Origin: an uncultured Chthonomonadaceae bacterium
GTDB taxonomy: Bacteria; Armatimonadota; Chthonomonadetes; Chthonomonadales; Chthonomonadaceae
Length of the DNA stretch: 64,000 bases
Assembly: GCA_963817895.1 (NCBI GenBank)
Contig: CAWFQB010000001.1
Span: forward strand, 992,001-1,056,000
Direction of reading: 5' to 3'
Position 1 is the stretch's first letter. Every line of letters starts with the position of its first letter. Below, piece by piece: positions 30,301 to 40,469 of this stretch. A program made the position numbers and the translations under genes. The notes under the pieces are model-generated. The model did no database searches, was not told where the DNA came from, and was given only the letters and a program-made list of their open reading frames with translations.

Positions 30301-32343
30301 ATGAGGGAAAACAAACAGCATCTATTTCGCTCGCAGCCGTACGATTCTCCCACGAGTCAGGCTGAATGGGAAGTCGCCGCCGCGCGACTTTTGGATGAGG
30401 GGCAGGCGTTCCTCGCCTTCGATCTGGCGCGCAACGGCTTGGCGCGTTACCCGGATAGCCTCCGCTTGAAGCAATCGGCGGCGCTGGCTATGATTTGGGT
30501 GGGCGCGCTGGAGGAGGCCTTGAAACTGCTGGAACCACTTTGCCCGCCCTTGCATCGAGACCCTCAACTGCTTCAAGAGGTCTACCATAGCCTGCAAAGC
30601 ATACTTCCGGCCCCGGCCCCGCCACTGAATAGCCCTGAAGATAATTTGCTGGAGCGGATGGATCATTTCGTCAACGCGCTTGAACGCATACTGGCTTCCG
30701 CGCAACGACAGGAGAAGCCGGACGAAGAAACGCTGGGGATGCTGGCGCGGATTTACAAAGATAAGTGGCGGCACTCCGGCGACAAAGAGATGGCGCGTCG
30801 TTCCCGTGATATGTACCATTACAGCTACCGGGCGACCGGAGGCTATTACACAGGGATTAATGCCGCGACCATGTCTCTTCTTATCGGAGATGTGGATCTG
30901 GCGCAGGCGTTGGCTCGCCAGGTCCTTGAACAGTGCCGCAAGGCGCAGGCTGAACAGAGAGACGATTACTGGCTTCTCGTTACCATGGGAGAAGCGGAAC
31001 TGCTCCTGGGAAACACCAACGAGGCGATTATGCTGTATCGCCAGGCAGCCCAGGTCGCCGGTTCGCGCCATGCCTTGATTATCTCGTCACGCCAGCAGCT
31101 CCTTCTGATGAAGGAACACGGGATCAAAGTGCCCCCGGCGTTACTGTGTATCCTTCTGCCGCCCTGCGTTGTGGTGTTTGTCGGACATATGATAGATGCG
31201 CCTGACCGCCCGATCCCGCGCTTTCCGGCGGAACTGGAGGGGCAGGTTGCGGCGCAGATTGCCGATAAACTTGCGGAGTTGGAGGCGCGTATCGGCTACT
31301 GCTCCGCCGCCTGCGGCTCGGATATTTTGTTTATTGAGGCCATGCTTGCGCGCGGGGCCGAAGTAAATGTCATTCTTCCCTTTGCCGAAGAGGATTTTAT
31401 ACACAAGAACGTGGCTTTTGCCGGCGAACGCTGGCTTATCCGTTACCGAAATGCGATCAAGCTGGCGCACTCTGTCTCCTTTGTTACCAAAGAGCCGTTT
31501 TTAGGCGACAACGCCCTGTTGGATTTTATGGCGCGCATCTTTCATGGCTATGCGGAATTGCGCGCCCACACGCTGCTGATTTCGCCGCGCCTGCTGGCGG
31601 TTTGGGATGGCGTACCGACCGAAATGGTGGGCAGAACGGCGGATTTCATCAGACGCTGGCCCTATAAGAACAAGCGCGAGATAATCCGTCTTGACAGCCT
31701 GACGCCCCCAGGCGCGCCGCGCAATGCCCCGCCTGCTTTCACCGGTAGGACTGGAGACAAGCCGCGCGCCCCGCAGGGCGCGCCCACTTATCCTGGGCAG
31801 CGTCGCATCTGCACGATGCTGTTCGCGGATGTGGTGGGTTACAGCAAACTCGAAGAGGCCTCCATTCCCGCGTTTCTGTACGAGTTCTGGATGACGGTCG
31901 CGGATCGCCTTACGCCGAAGCCGCTTTTTGTGAATACGTGGGGCGATGCGATCTTTGCGGTCATGGAAAAGGCGCAGGATATGATGGAGTACGCGCTTTC
32001 TCTGCAAAAAGCCGTCAAGGAAACACCCTGGAAAAATACGGACGCGCGGAAGGGGATTGATGCGCGTATCGCCCTGCATGTCGGACCGATTTTTGAAGCA
32101 AAGGACCCGATCACGCAGCGACTCAACTATTATGGTTCGCATGTCAATCGCGCCGCGCGTCTGGAACCCATCACCGTACCCGGCCACATCTACGCCACGG
32201 AGCAGTTCGTCGCCCTGCTGATGTCCGAGGTGAGTGGCCACCGCGCCGTTTCAAAGCTATTCAGCTGCGAGTACCTGGGAGTTCTTTCACTGGCGAAAGA
32301 TTTCGATGAGCAGGTCACTTACCATATTCGTGGCACAGATTAA
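30301..32343 (+). CDS. TPR/DUF4071 (TRAF-binding-like) + SLOG-like + class III nucleotidyl cyclase multidomain protein
   Basis: ETLGMLARIYKDKW...YTGINAATM...DDYWLLVTMGEA; FVGHMID..RFP...SAACGSDILFIE; MLFADVVGYSKL, TWGDAI, RIALHVGP, GSHVNRAARLEP. Confidence 0.85.
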   Translation: MRENKQHLFRSQPYDSPTSQAEWEVAAARLLDEGQAFLAFDLARNGLARYPDSLRLKQSAALAMIWVGALEEALKLLEPLCPPLHRDPQLLQEVYHSLQSILPAPAPPLNSPEDNLLERMDHFVNALERILASAQRQEKPDEETLGMLARIYKDKWRHSGDKEMARRSRDMYHYSYRATGGYYTGINAATMSLLIGDVDLAQALARQVLEQCRKAQAEQRDDYWLLVTMGEAELLLGNTNEAIMLYRQAAQVAGSRHALIISSRQQLLLMKEHGIKVPPALLCILLPPCVVVFVGHMIDAPDRPIPRFPAELEGQVAAQIADKLAELEARIGYCSAACGSDILFIEAMLARGAEVNVILPFAEEDFIHKNVAFAGERWLIRYRNAIKLAHSVSFVTKEPFLGDNALLDFMARIFHGYAELRAHTLLISPRLLAVWDGVPTEMVGRTADFIRRWPYKNKREIIRLDSLTPPGAPRNAPPAFTGRTGDKPRAPQGAPTYPGQRRICTMLFADVVGYSKLEEASIPAFLYEFWMTVADRLTPKPLFVNTWGDAIFAVMEKAQDMMEYALSLQKAVKETPWKNTDARKGIDARIALHVGPIFEAKDPITQRLNYYGSHVNRAARLEPITVPGHIYATEQFVALLMSEVSGHRAVSKLFSCEYLGVLSLAKDFDEQVTYHIRGTD

Positions 32344-32454
32344 ACGGAGAGCCTTTTAGACCACCCCACATAGTGACCGCCAGGCTGCTAATTGCAGATA
32401 CGACAAAAATCACTTTACTTTTTACCTCCATCACTCCAATTGGAGTACAATCAA

Positions 32455-32482
32455 GCAGGTATTGGCGGAACGGACGCCGAAT
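32455..32482 (+). promoter_or_regulatory. Sigma-H-like promoter
   Basis: GCAGGT-N18-GAAT upstream of the rny leader. Confidence 0.5.
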
Positions 32483-32542
32483 ACTGAATAACTTTTCGTG
32501 GTTTTTGCGTTGGAAGCGGGTTTTGCAACTTGAATTCGCTTT

Positions 32543-32712
32543 GGAGCGCAGTCAACCTGCCAGTCGCAGCAGGCCGGAGTTCATAACAACAGACATTCCG
32601 CCCGATACAGCCTTTTTCCCGTTTCTCTGCTTGTTACAGACTTGTCAGGAAACGGGCCGGGTGTGGCGGAGGTTGGTTGGGAACAGACGGTCGGCTGTTT
32701 ACCCTTGCTCAA
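32543..32712 (+). ncRNA. Candidate long rod-like structured RNA (6S RNA-like) upstream of rny
   Basis: Nested pairings GAGC/GCTC, GCAGC/GCTGT, GGCC/GGTC, GTTC/GAAC, A-rich bubble, TCCGCC/GGCGGA, CCCGTTTC/GAAACGGG; ~170 nt; strand assumed. Confidence 0.4.
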
Positions 32713-32763
32713 TCTCGGACAGAGGTTCGTGGGCTGCCCACTATTCTGTCTGGAGGTGAGGGA

Positions 32764-34338
32764 TTGTTACCAAATCAAGTCATCGCTTTTCTTTTAGTCA
32801 CACTCTTAGCATTGCTCGTAGGGTTTTTTCTTGAACGAACCTTTTTGATTAAGCCAATTGAAACGCGCGAACGCGCGCGCGTTGCCGAACTGGTACAGAC
32901 ACAGCAGCTGGAAGCGCAAAAGTTGAAAGACGACGCGCTCAAAGAGGTCGAGTCCGCCAAACGGCAGGCGGTTCTGGAGGCGAAAGAAGACGCGCTTCAG
33001 TTCCGCGAGGAAGTTGAAACTGAAAACCGGGAGAAACGAGCTGAAGTCCAGAGGTTAGAGCGAAGACTGGCACAAAAGGAAGAGAATCTCGACCGTCGGG
33101 CCGAAGGCTTCGAGGGTCGGGAACGCCAGATACAGGATCGCGAAGCGCAAACCTTGCAGGTGCGGCAGGAAGTGGAAACCCTGCTGACCAAACAGCGGCA
33201 GGAACTCCAACGTCTTGCCGGACTGTCGCAGGAGGATGCCCGCGCTCTGTTTATGAAAAACGTCGAGGACGAAAGCCGCCACGATGCCGCGAAACTGATG
33301 CGCGACATTGAGGAGGGCGCGCGCCGGGATGGAGAGCGAAAAGCGCGTCAGATCGTCACGGATGTCATACAGCGGTGCAGCGTGGATCAAACGTCGGAAA
33401 CAACCGTTTCTGTCGTTCCCCTGCCCAACGACGAGATGAAAGGGCGCATCATCGGGCGCGAAGGCCGCAACATTCGCGCCTTCGAGACGATTACGGGCGT
33501 GGATTTGATTATTGATGACACGCCGGATACGGTCGTGCTGTCCGGCTTCGACCCGGTTCGCCGGGAAAAAGCGCGTATCGCCCTGACCAATCTGATTGTA
33601 GACGGGCGCATCCATCCGGGGCGCATCGAGGAGCTGTACAAAAAAGCGGAAACCGAGGTGGAAGCGCGGATACAGGAGGCGGGCGAGCGGGCGGTGCTGG
33701 AAACCGGCATGACCGGGCTTTCCACGGAAATCGTGCATCTGCTCGGCAAAATGAAATATCGCACCTCCTTCAAGCAGAACGTGCTGAATCACAGCATCGA
33801 AGTATCCCTTCTATGCGGCATGTTGGCGGCGGAAGTGGGCGCGGATGTTCACATCGCGCGGCGCGCGGGATTGCTGCATGACCTGGGCAAAGCCGTAGAC
33901 TTCGAGATTGAGGGACCTCACGCGCTGATTACCGGAGAGATTTTGCGTCGCAACCACGAATCCGAACCGGTTGTCCATGCGGCGGAAGCGCACCATCACG
34001 ACGTGGAACCTGCCACTGTCGAGGCTATTCTGGTGATTTGCGGCGACCAGATTTCCGCCGCCCGTCCCGGCGCGCGGCGTGAAACGCTGGAAACCTACGT
34101 CAAGCGCCTGAAGAAACTGGAAGACATCGGCGAAAGTTTTGCAGGCGTGGAGAAAGTGTTCGCGGTGCAGGCGGGCCGCGAAATTCGCGTGATCGTGCGC
34201 CCGGAGCAGCTTGACGATCTGGCGTCCCTGAAACTGGCGCGCGACATGGCGAGGCGCATCGAAGACGAAATGGAGTACCCCGGCCAGATCAAAGTAACCG
34301 TCATCCGCGAAACCCGGTCGGTGGATTTTGCGAAGTAG
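32764..34338 (+). CDS. rny: Ribonuclease Y
   Basis: RBS GGAGGTG plus TTG; N-terminal TM, coiled coil, KH (KGRIIGREGRNIR), HD (GLLHDLGK), SAARPGAR, YPGQIKVTVIRE. Confidence 0.97.
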   Translation: MLPNQVIAFLLVTLLALLVGFFLERTFLIKPIETRERARVAELVQTQQLEAQKLKDDALKEVESAKRQAVLEAKEDALQFREEVETENREKRAEVQRLERRLAQKEENLDRRAEGFEGRERQIQDREAQTLQVRQEVETLLTKQRQELQRLAGLSQEDARALFMKNVEDESRHDAAKLMRDIEEGARRDGERKARQIVTDVIQRCSVDQTSETTVSVVPLPNDEMKGRIIGREGRNIRAFETITGVDLIIDDTPDTVVLSGFDPVRREKARIALTNLIVDGRIHPGRIEELYKKAETEVEARIQEAGERAVLETGMTGLSTEIVHLLGKMKYRTSFKQNVLNHSIEVSLLCGMLAAEVGADVHIARRAGLLHDLGKAVDFEIEGPHALITGEILRRNHESEPVVHAAEAHHHDVEPATVEAILVICGDQISAARPGARRETLETYVKRLKKLEDIGESFAGVEKVFAVQAGREIRVIVRPEQLDDLASLKLARDMARRIEDEMEYPGQIKVTVIRETRSVDFAK

Positions 34339-34344
34339 AGAGGA

Positions 34345-34445
34345 AGATACGAGATACGAGATACGAGTGAAAAGCCTCCTGTTAGTCATAGAAATGGCTC
34401 AGGGTAGAACAAATGAGTTTTACTCGTATCTCGTATCTCGTATCT
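34345..34445. repeat. Inverted heptamer tandem repeat (AGATACG)3 ... (CGTATCT)3
   Basis: 24-nt perfect inverted arms between rny and ymdB. Confidence 0.8.
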
Positions 34446-34461
34446 CGCCCCGGAGTTCTTC

Positions 34462-35265
34462 ATGCGCGTACTCATGGTCGGCGATGTCGTCGGCAAGCCG
34501 GGACGACTGCTCACGCAGGAGTTGGTTCCCCGGCTGAAAACGGAACATAAGGTAGATTTCGTAATCGTCAACGGGGAGAACTCCGCGGGGGGTATCGGAA
34601 TCACGCCGGATATTGTCCTGACCCTGCTGCGCCACCATGTTGACGTGATTACGCTGGGCAACCATGCGTGGGGCAAGCGCGACATTTACCCGATGCTGGA
34701 CGAGGAGCCGCGCCTGCTGCGTCCCGACAACTACCCGCCGGGAGCGCCGGGCAGGGGTTGGGGCGTGTTCGCGTCCCCGGCAGGGCCGTTCGGCGTGGTA
34801 AACCTACAGGGGCGCGTGTTCATGGAATCTGTAGACGATCCGTTTCGCGCTATAGACACCATTCTGGAGGAATTACATCGGCGGACGCGCCTGATCTTCA
34901 TAGATTTCCACGCCGAGGCCACGTCCGAAAAACAGGCGTTCGGCTACTACGTGGATGGGCGCGTCAGCGCGGTTGTGGGGACGCACACGCACATTCAAAC
35001 CGCCGATGAGCGTATTCTGGACGGCGGCACGGCGTATCTAACGGATGTGGGCATGACCGGCCCGATCAATTCCGTTATCGGCATGAAGCGCGACATCGTA
35101 ATTCCGAAATTTACCAGCGGGCTGCCCGCTCGCTTCGAGGTGGCGGAGGGCGAAGCGCAATTAAGCGGCGTTCTGGTAGACATTAATACGGCGACCGGAC
35201 AGGCAACCGCCATTCAGCGCGTTCAATTGCCGCCACATCGGAAAAGTAGTCCGCCTTCCGTATGA
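34462..35265 (+). CDS. ymdB: YmdB / TIGR00282 family metallophosphoesterase
   Basis: GDVVGKPG, NGEN, TLGNH, DFHAEATSEK, VGTHTH, TDVGMTGP; follows rny. Confidence 0.95.
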   Translation: MRVLMVGDVVGKPGRLLTQELVPRLKTEHKVDFVIVNGENSAGGIGITPDIVLTLLRHHVDVITLGNHAWGKRDIYPMLDEEPRLLRPDNYPPGAPGRGWGVFASPAGPFGVVNLQGRVFMESVDDPFRAIDTILEELHRRTRLIFIDFHAEATSEKQAFGYYVDGRVSAVVGTHTHIQTADERILDGGTAYLTDVGMTGPINSVIGMKRDIVIPKFTSGLPARFEVAEGEAQLSGVLVDINTATGQATAIQRVQLPPHRKSSPPSV

Positions 35266-35447
35266 CAATGAACTACCGACTACTTTCCTTCTGATTTTAT
35301 CGTATAATGGAGTCATAATCGGACCTCGCTGCCGTTCAGGTTAAGAATAACCTGCGCGAATAATTTTGCAGGGGGAGCAATTTATTGCGCCCTCTCCCGT
35401 TTTCCATTGCAACATTTACCTGCACAAGCAATTGAGGAGAGCAAACC

Positions 35448-36454
35448 ATGATAAACCGTTCTTTTCGAATCGGCGCAAAACGCCGCCTGTTGGCCGTCGG
35501 CGGCCTTGCTGGAATTGTTGGTTTGAGCGGCGTCGGCGCGGCGTATGCGCGGCAGACCACGAACGCGCTCAACATCTTTCAGGGTACATCCGCGCAAACA
35601 TCGGGACTGAAGCTGGGCAGTTGGGGCAGCGGCAGCGTCACCGAAGATGAGAAAAATGTGTACACGGGAACCGAATCGCTGCGCGTGGTAACGCACGGGC
35701 AGTTTCAGGGCGCTGTGCTGCGCCTGAATAATCCCGTGAACCTGAGCAGCTACGTCGCCAACAAAAATGCGTACTTGCAGATGGCCGTGCTTGTGCCGGC
35801 TCCTCCGACAGGCGCGGGCGCGGGCGCAGGCCCTGGCTTTGGCGGAGCGGGACCCGGCGGCTTCGGGGGATCGGGCGGCGGGTTGGGATTTCCCGGCAGC
35901 AATGGACCCGGCGGCTTCAAGTCGGGCGCAGCCGCGAGTTCGGCGCGCGCGCCAAAGCGATTGAAAACGTGCGCGTGGTTCTAAATCGGGCGGGCGGCAA
36001 AGGCACGGAGTTTATGCTGCCTGTGGCGACCGGGGTTCAGGAGAATCAGTGGCGTCTGGTGAGCATCCCCGTCAGCCAGATTCCGGGCATCAGCGCGGAC
36101 AACGCCCACTTCAGCGAAGTCCGGCTTTTCGGCGATAGTTCCGGCGTGATGTACGTCGGGCGTATCGGCGTCGTGATAGACTCCACGCCCATCAAACTGG
36201 AACCCGTTTCCGATAAGGACGTGTCCACCAAAAACCACTACCGCTATACCGCGAGCGCGAACGCGGGCGCCACACCCCTGAAATACTCCTGGGACTGGGA
36301 CGATAAGGACGGTATTCAGGAAGAATCCGTTGGCCGGAATGTGGATCACGTCTACTACAAAGAGGGCGACTATGTAGGGACGCTGACCGTCAGCGACGCA
36401 TACGGCGTTAAAGCGCCCGTCATCACACACTTCAAAATTCACGCGCACCTGTAG
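35448..36454 (+). CDS. Secreted protein with Gly-rich insert and C-terminal PKD domain (frameshift ~35960)
   Basis: Signal-like leader; YSWDWDDKDG...HVYYKEGDYVGTLTVSD is a PKD signature. Confidence 0.65.
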
Positions 36455-36455
36455 G

Positions 36456-36545
36456 AAGAAGAGGAGAAGAGAAGAAAAGGAGAAAAGGAGAAAAGGAGAG
36501 ACACACCACTTCTCCTCTTCTCCTCTTCTCCTTTTCTCCTTTTCT
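36456..36545. repeat. Inverted octamer tandem repeat (GAAAAGGA/GAAGAGGA)n ... (TTCTCCTC/TTCTCCTT)n
   Basis: Purine tract followed by its complement; fills the gap before aroF. Confidence 0.8.
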
Positions 36546-36568
36546 AGCCGGTGAGGATAAGAAAGAAA

Positions 36569-37591
36569 ATGATAATCATATTAGCGCCGGAAACCACCGG
36601 GGCGCAGCAGGCGGAACTGCTGGAGGAATTGAAGGGCCGGGGGTATGGCGTTCATCTTTCCGAGGGCGTAGAGCGCACCATTATCGGTGTGATTGGCACG
36701 CCCGAACGCGACAAAAGCGATCTGGTCGAGCATTTCGAATCGCGGCCTTATGTGGAGCGCGTGGTTCCCATTCTGAAGCCGTACAAACTGGTCGGCAAGG
36801 CGTTCAAGCCCGAAGGCACGGTTATCAATGTTCGCGGCGTTCAGATCGGCGGCGGGCAACTGTGCGTGATGGCGGGGCCGTGTACCGTTGAATTGCCCGA
36901 AATGCTGTTTGAAACCGCCGCGTTTGTGAAAAAAGCGGGCGCGCATGTCCTGCGCGGCGGCGCGTTCAAACCGTCCACCAGTCCGTACTCGTTTCACGGC
37001 ATGGGCGAAGCGGGGCTGAAACTGCTGGCGGAAGCCAGTCAGCAGACCGGCCTGCCTATCATTACCGAAGTGATGGACACGCGGGACGTGGAACTCGTCG
37101 GCAACTATACGGACATTTTTCAAATCGGCACGCGCAACATGACCAACTTTTCCCTGTTGAGCGAAATCGGGAAAGTTCGCAAACCCGTCATGCTCAAACG
37201 CGGATGGGCCAGCACGATTGAGGAGTGGCTACAGGCGGCGGAATACATCGCCAGTCAGGGCAACTACGAGATTATTTTGTGTGAACGGGGTATCCGCACC
37301 TTTGAAACGTACACGCGCAATACGTTCGACATCAACGCCATACCCGCCATTAAAGAGTTGTCGCACCTGCCCATTTTCGCCGATCCTTCCCATGCGACCG
37401 GCAAGCGCAGTCTGGTCAACGCGGTAACGCGGGGCGCGGTAGCGACGGGCGCGGACGGCATCATCATCGAAACGCACCCCAACCCTGAAAAAGCGATCAA
37501 GGACGGCCCGCAATCCCTGACGTTCGCGCAATTCGAGGAACTGATGCAGGACATTCGCCCCATTGCGCAGGCCGTAGGAAAAACTCTTTAG
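36569..37591 (+). CDS. aroF: DAHP synthase, type I-beta with N-terminal regulatory domain
   Basis: MAGPCTVE, LRGGAFKP, QIGTRNM, LKRG, LCERGIRTFE, DPSHATG. Confidence 0.95.
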   Translation: MIIILAPETTGAQQAELLEELKGRGYGVHLSEGVERTIIGVIGTPERDKSDLVEHFESRPYVERVVPILKPYKLVGKAFKPEGTVINVRGVQIGGGQLCVMAGPCTVELPEMLFETAAFVKKAGAHVLRGGAFKPSTSPYSFHGMGEAGLKLLAEASQQTGLPIITEVMDTRDVELVGNYTDIFQIGTRNMTNFSLLSEIGKVRKPVMLKRGWASTIEEWLQAAEYIASQGNYEIILCERGIRTFETYTRNTFDINAIPAIKELSHLPIFADPSHATGKRSLVNAVTRGAVATGADGIIIETHPNPEKAIKDGPQSLTFAQFEELMQDIRPIAQAVGKTL

Positions 37592-37694
37592 ATGTCTTGC
37601 CGGTGAATAAACGCTCCGGATTTTGGACGTGAAGTATGTATTTTCGGCTGATGCGGATGCTGTATTTGCAGAATACGGCGCAGGAGAAACCACG

Positions 37695-38581
37695 ATGGCA
37701 GCCATAGAAACCATAGAAGCGATCAGGCAACCGCGTAACGACAAACCTGTTGGCAAGCGGGCGGTCTACTACCCGATGGGAGACGGCAAGCCGATGGCTG
37801 AAGACACGTTGCATCGTGAACAGATGGCCTACTGCTGTGACGCCCTCAAATACCGCTTTGCCGCCCGTCCTGATGTGTATGTGGCAGGCAACGACTTTGT
37901 GTACTATCAGGAAGGCAGTCCCAGGCAGCGAATCTCGCCCGACTGCTACGTAGTCATTGGCGTAGAAAAAAGCGGCGCAAGTCCTACAAGGTGTGGGAGG
38001 AGAACGGCGTTGCGCCTGCCGTCGTGTTTGAAATCACGTCCAAAGCCACGCAGAAAGAAGATGTGGAGGACAAACGGCCCCTCTACGAACAGACGCTACG
38101 GGTGGCGGAATATTTCCAGTTCGATCCCACAGGCGACTATCTGCATCCGCGTTTGCAGGGGCAGCGTTTGCAAGGGGGAACGTACCAGAGCATCGAACTG
38201 CGCGAGGACCGGATGTGGAGTGAGCAGTTGCAGTTGGAACTGGTTGTTCACAACGATGCCCTGCGCTTCTACGATCCGGCAAGGGGAGAGTGGCTGCGCG
38301 CCTACGAAGAAGCCGAAACACAGCGTCTTGCTGCCGAGCGTCAGGCTCAGGCCGAAGCGCAACGCGCTGATATGGAGGCGCGACGCGCTAATGAAGAAGC
38401 GCAACGCGCCCTGATCGCAGAAAGGCTGGCGCAGGCCGAAGCGCAACGCGCTAATGAAGAAGCGCAACGCGCTCAGGCCGCCGAGCATCAGGCTCAGGCG
38501 GAAGCGCGCCGCGCCGATAGCGCAGAAGCGGCGTTGGCGCAGTTACGCGCTGATGTGGAAGCCATGCGCCAACAGCAGTAA
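37695..38581 (+). CDS. Uma2 family PD-(D/E)XK nuclease-like protein with repetitive coiled-coil tail (frameshift in A-run ~37970)
   Basis: DGKPMAE, ISPDCYVV, PAVVFEITSKAT, EYFQFDP; tail repeats AQAEAQRANEEAQRA. Confidence 0.88.
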
Positions 38582-38675
38582 TGGCTGCGCGCAAACATGT
38601 CGAGAGTCTCGAGTCGCGTCTGGTTAAGAGGATTTATTCGTCATCATTCACCGTTTATTATCACAAAGTTGTTCA

Positions 38676-39512
38676 ATGGAGCCTTTGCTTCAAGAGGATA
38701 ATTCTCAGCCGCTTTTCAAGCGCGTCGCCATCATTGGCGTCGGGCTGATGGGCGGTTCGCTCGGCATGGCATTACGCGCGCGAGGCGTTACGCAAACGGT
38801 TGTAGGCGTGGATACAAGCGAACGTGTTCTGGCGCGGGCGCGCGAAGTCGGGGCGGTTGACGAAGTTGTAACCGATTTGCAAACGGGCGTCATAGACGCG
38901 GACTGTATCATTTTGGCTGCGCCCGTTGCGGCAATTCCGCTTTTGTTGGAAGCCCTGCCTCCTCTGGTTCGGCCAGACGCGCTGATTACCGACATCGGCA
39001 GCGCGAAACGCGCGATTGTGGAAACGGGCGAAAGGTTGTTTGGCAAACGGTTTGTGGGCGGGCATCCCATGGCGGGCGCGCCGGGGGGCGGCATTGACGC
39101 GGCGCGGGCCGATGTGTTTACGGACGCGGCATGGGGCATTGTCGGCACGGAAGAACCAGACGTGAATACAAATGTATGGGCGGCGAAAGTGGCGGCAATG
39201 GCGCAGGCAGTGGGCGCGCGACCCGTTTTGCTCGACAGCAGACAGCATGACCGTCTGGTGGCTCTGGTCAGCCATTTGCCGCACGCGCTTTCGTTCGCGT
39301 TTGCCGACATGATTGCCGCGCAGCCGGATGCGCCGCAGGCGCGGCAAATGGCGGGCAGCAGTTTCCGCGACCTGACGCGGGTTGCCGTCGCCGACCGCGG
39401 GTTCTGGCAGGCTATCTTTATGGCAAACCGCGAGGAACTGTTGAACGCGCTGAATATGGTTGAGGCGCAACTGCATCAGTTGAAAGCAACGCTTACAGCT
39501 GATAATAAATAG
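38676..39512 (+). CDS. tyrA: Prephenate/arogenate dehydrogenase
   Basis: IIGVGLMGGS, TDIGSAK, FVGGHPMAG, HDRLVALVSHLPH, SFRDLTRVA. Confidence 0.93.
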   Translation: MEPLLQEDNSQPLFKRVAIIGVGLMGGSLGMALRARGVTQTVVGVDTSERVLARAREVGAVDEVVTDLQTGVIDADCIILAAPVAAIPLLLEALPPLVRPDALITDIGSAKRAIVETGERLFGKRFVGGHPMAGAPGGGIDAARADVFTDAAWGIVGTEEPDVNTNVWAAKVAAMAQAVGARPVLLDSRQHDRLVALVSHLPHALSFAFADMIAAQPDAPQARQMAGSSFRDLTRVAVADRGFWQAIFMANREELLNALNMVEAQLHQLKATLTADNK

Positions 39513-39567
39513 GGGTTGCGCCTCTTCATACAGGCCGGTTGCCTGAAATATTTTCAACAATACTTTT

Positions 39568-40191
39568 ATGAACGACGAACTTTTCCTCAAACAACTGGAG
39601 CAGATTGTCCCGCAGGAAGACTGTACGCGGCAGATATATGCTCACGTCGACACGCGCCAACGGCCTCAAACGCAGGTTTCCTGCGCGCAGTCTGCGGAGC
39701 GAACGCGGCATGTCGTCTGGGAACTGCCTGCCGAACCCCGTTTTCAAGTGTCGCGGGGCGGCCAGAAGGGGGATTGGAAGTGGCTGCGCCCGCTTCTCGG
39801 AAATTTAACCTTCCTGACGCTGTTCATTCTCGCGCTGGGCTTCTGGCCTCATTCCCGTCCGCGCCTTGCATCTACCATAACCCCTGCAATGCCGCTGTCC
39901 TCGTCCTCGATTGCGCCGCAAACAACTGTGGCATCCAATTCGTATCGCCCGGTCATGGCAGACAGGCAAACGGTAATGCGCAGGAGGACAGAAACTTCCT
40001 TCGCGGCTTCGTCCGCCAACACTGCGCTGCAAACAAGGCCGTCGCTGTACGCGGATAGTCCGGTTCGCAACACTACGCCCGCGCGTCCGCCAAACCCTTA
40101 CTCTGCCGGGGCGTACCGCGTTACCAGTTACCGGGTTGCGCCCGCCGCGCCCCTGACCGGCAGTATGCCCCCGATGCAGTCGCCCTATTAA
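39568..40191 (+). CDS. Hypothetical protein with one TM helix
   Basis: 207-aa ORF with central hydrophobic segment and low-complexity tail. Confidence 0.5.
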   Translation: MNDELFLKQLEQIVPQEDCTRQIYAHVDTRQRPQTQVSCAQSAERTRHVVWELPAEPRFQVSRGGQKGDWKWLRPLLGNLTFLTLFILALGFWPHSRPRLASTITPAMPLSSSSIAPQTTVASNSYRPVMADRQTVMRRRTETSFAASSANTALQTRPSLYADSPVRNTTPARPPNPYSAGAYRVTSYRVAPAAPLTGSMPPMQSPY

Positions 40192-40255
40192 CGCATTGCA
40201 GAGCAGGCGCCTGAAAAAGAATCCGAACAATTTACGGATCAGGGCGCGAAACCCC

Positions 40256-40307
40256 TTGACAGACTACTGCTAGTAGTGTTATTCTATTCTCAGCCCACAT
40301 TTAGACC
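40256..40307 (+). promoter_or_regulatory. Sigma-70-type promoter overlapped by two candidate NrdR boxes
   Basis: TTGACA-N18-TATTCT; 16-mers agaCtActgcTaGtag (40261) and agcCcAcattTaGacc (40292), 31 bp apart. Confidence 0.5.
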
Positions 40308-40469
40308 ACGCAGGAAACCACATTCGGCAATAACGAAATTATGCAGCGATTTACATTGCGCGGGTCCGCCGGATACAGGCTTTCGCAGGAGTTTTACTCA
40401 GCGGCAATCATCCCGGCAACGGAGCAGGCGTTTTCCCGCGTAACAGCCGGGCAGGAACCATCTTAACGT

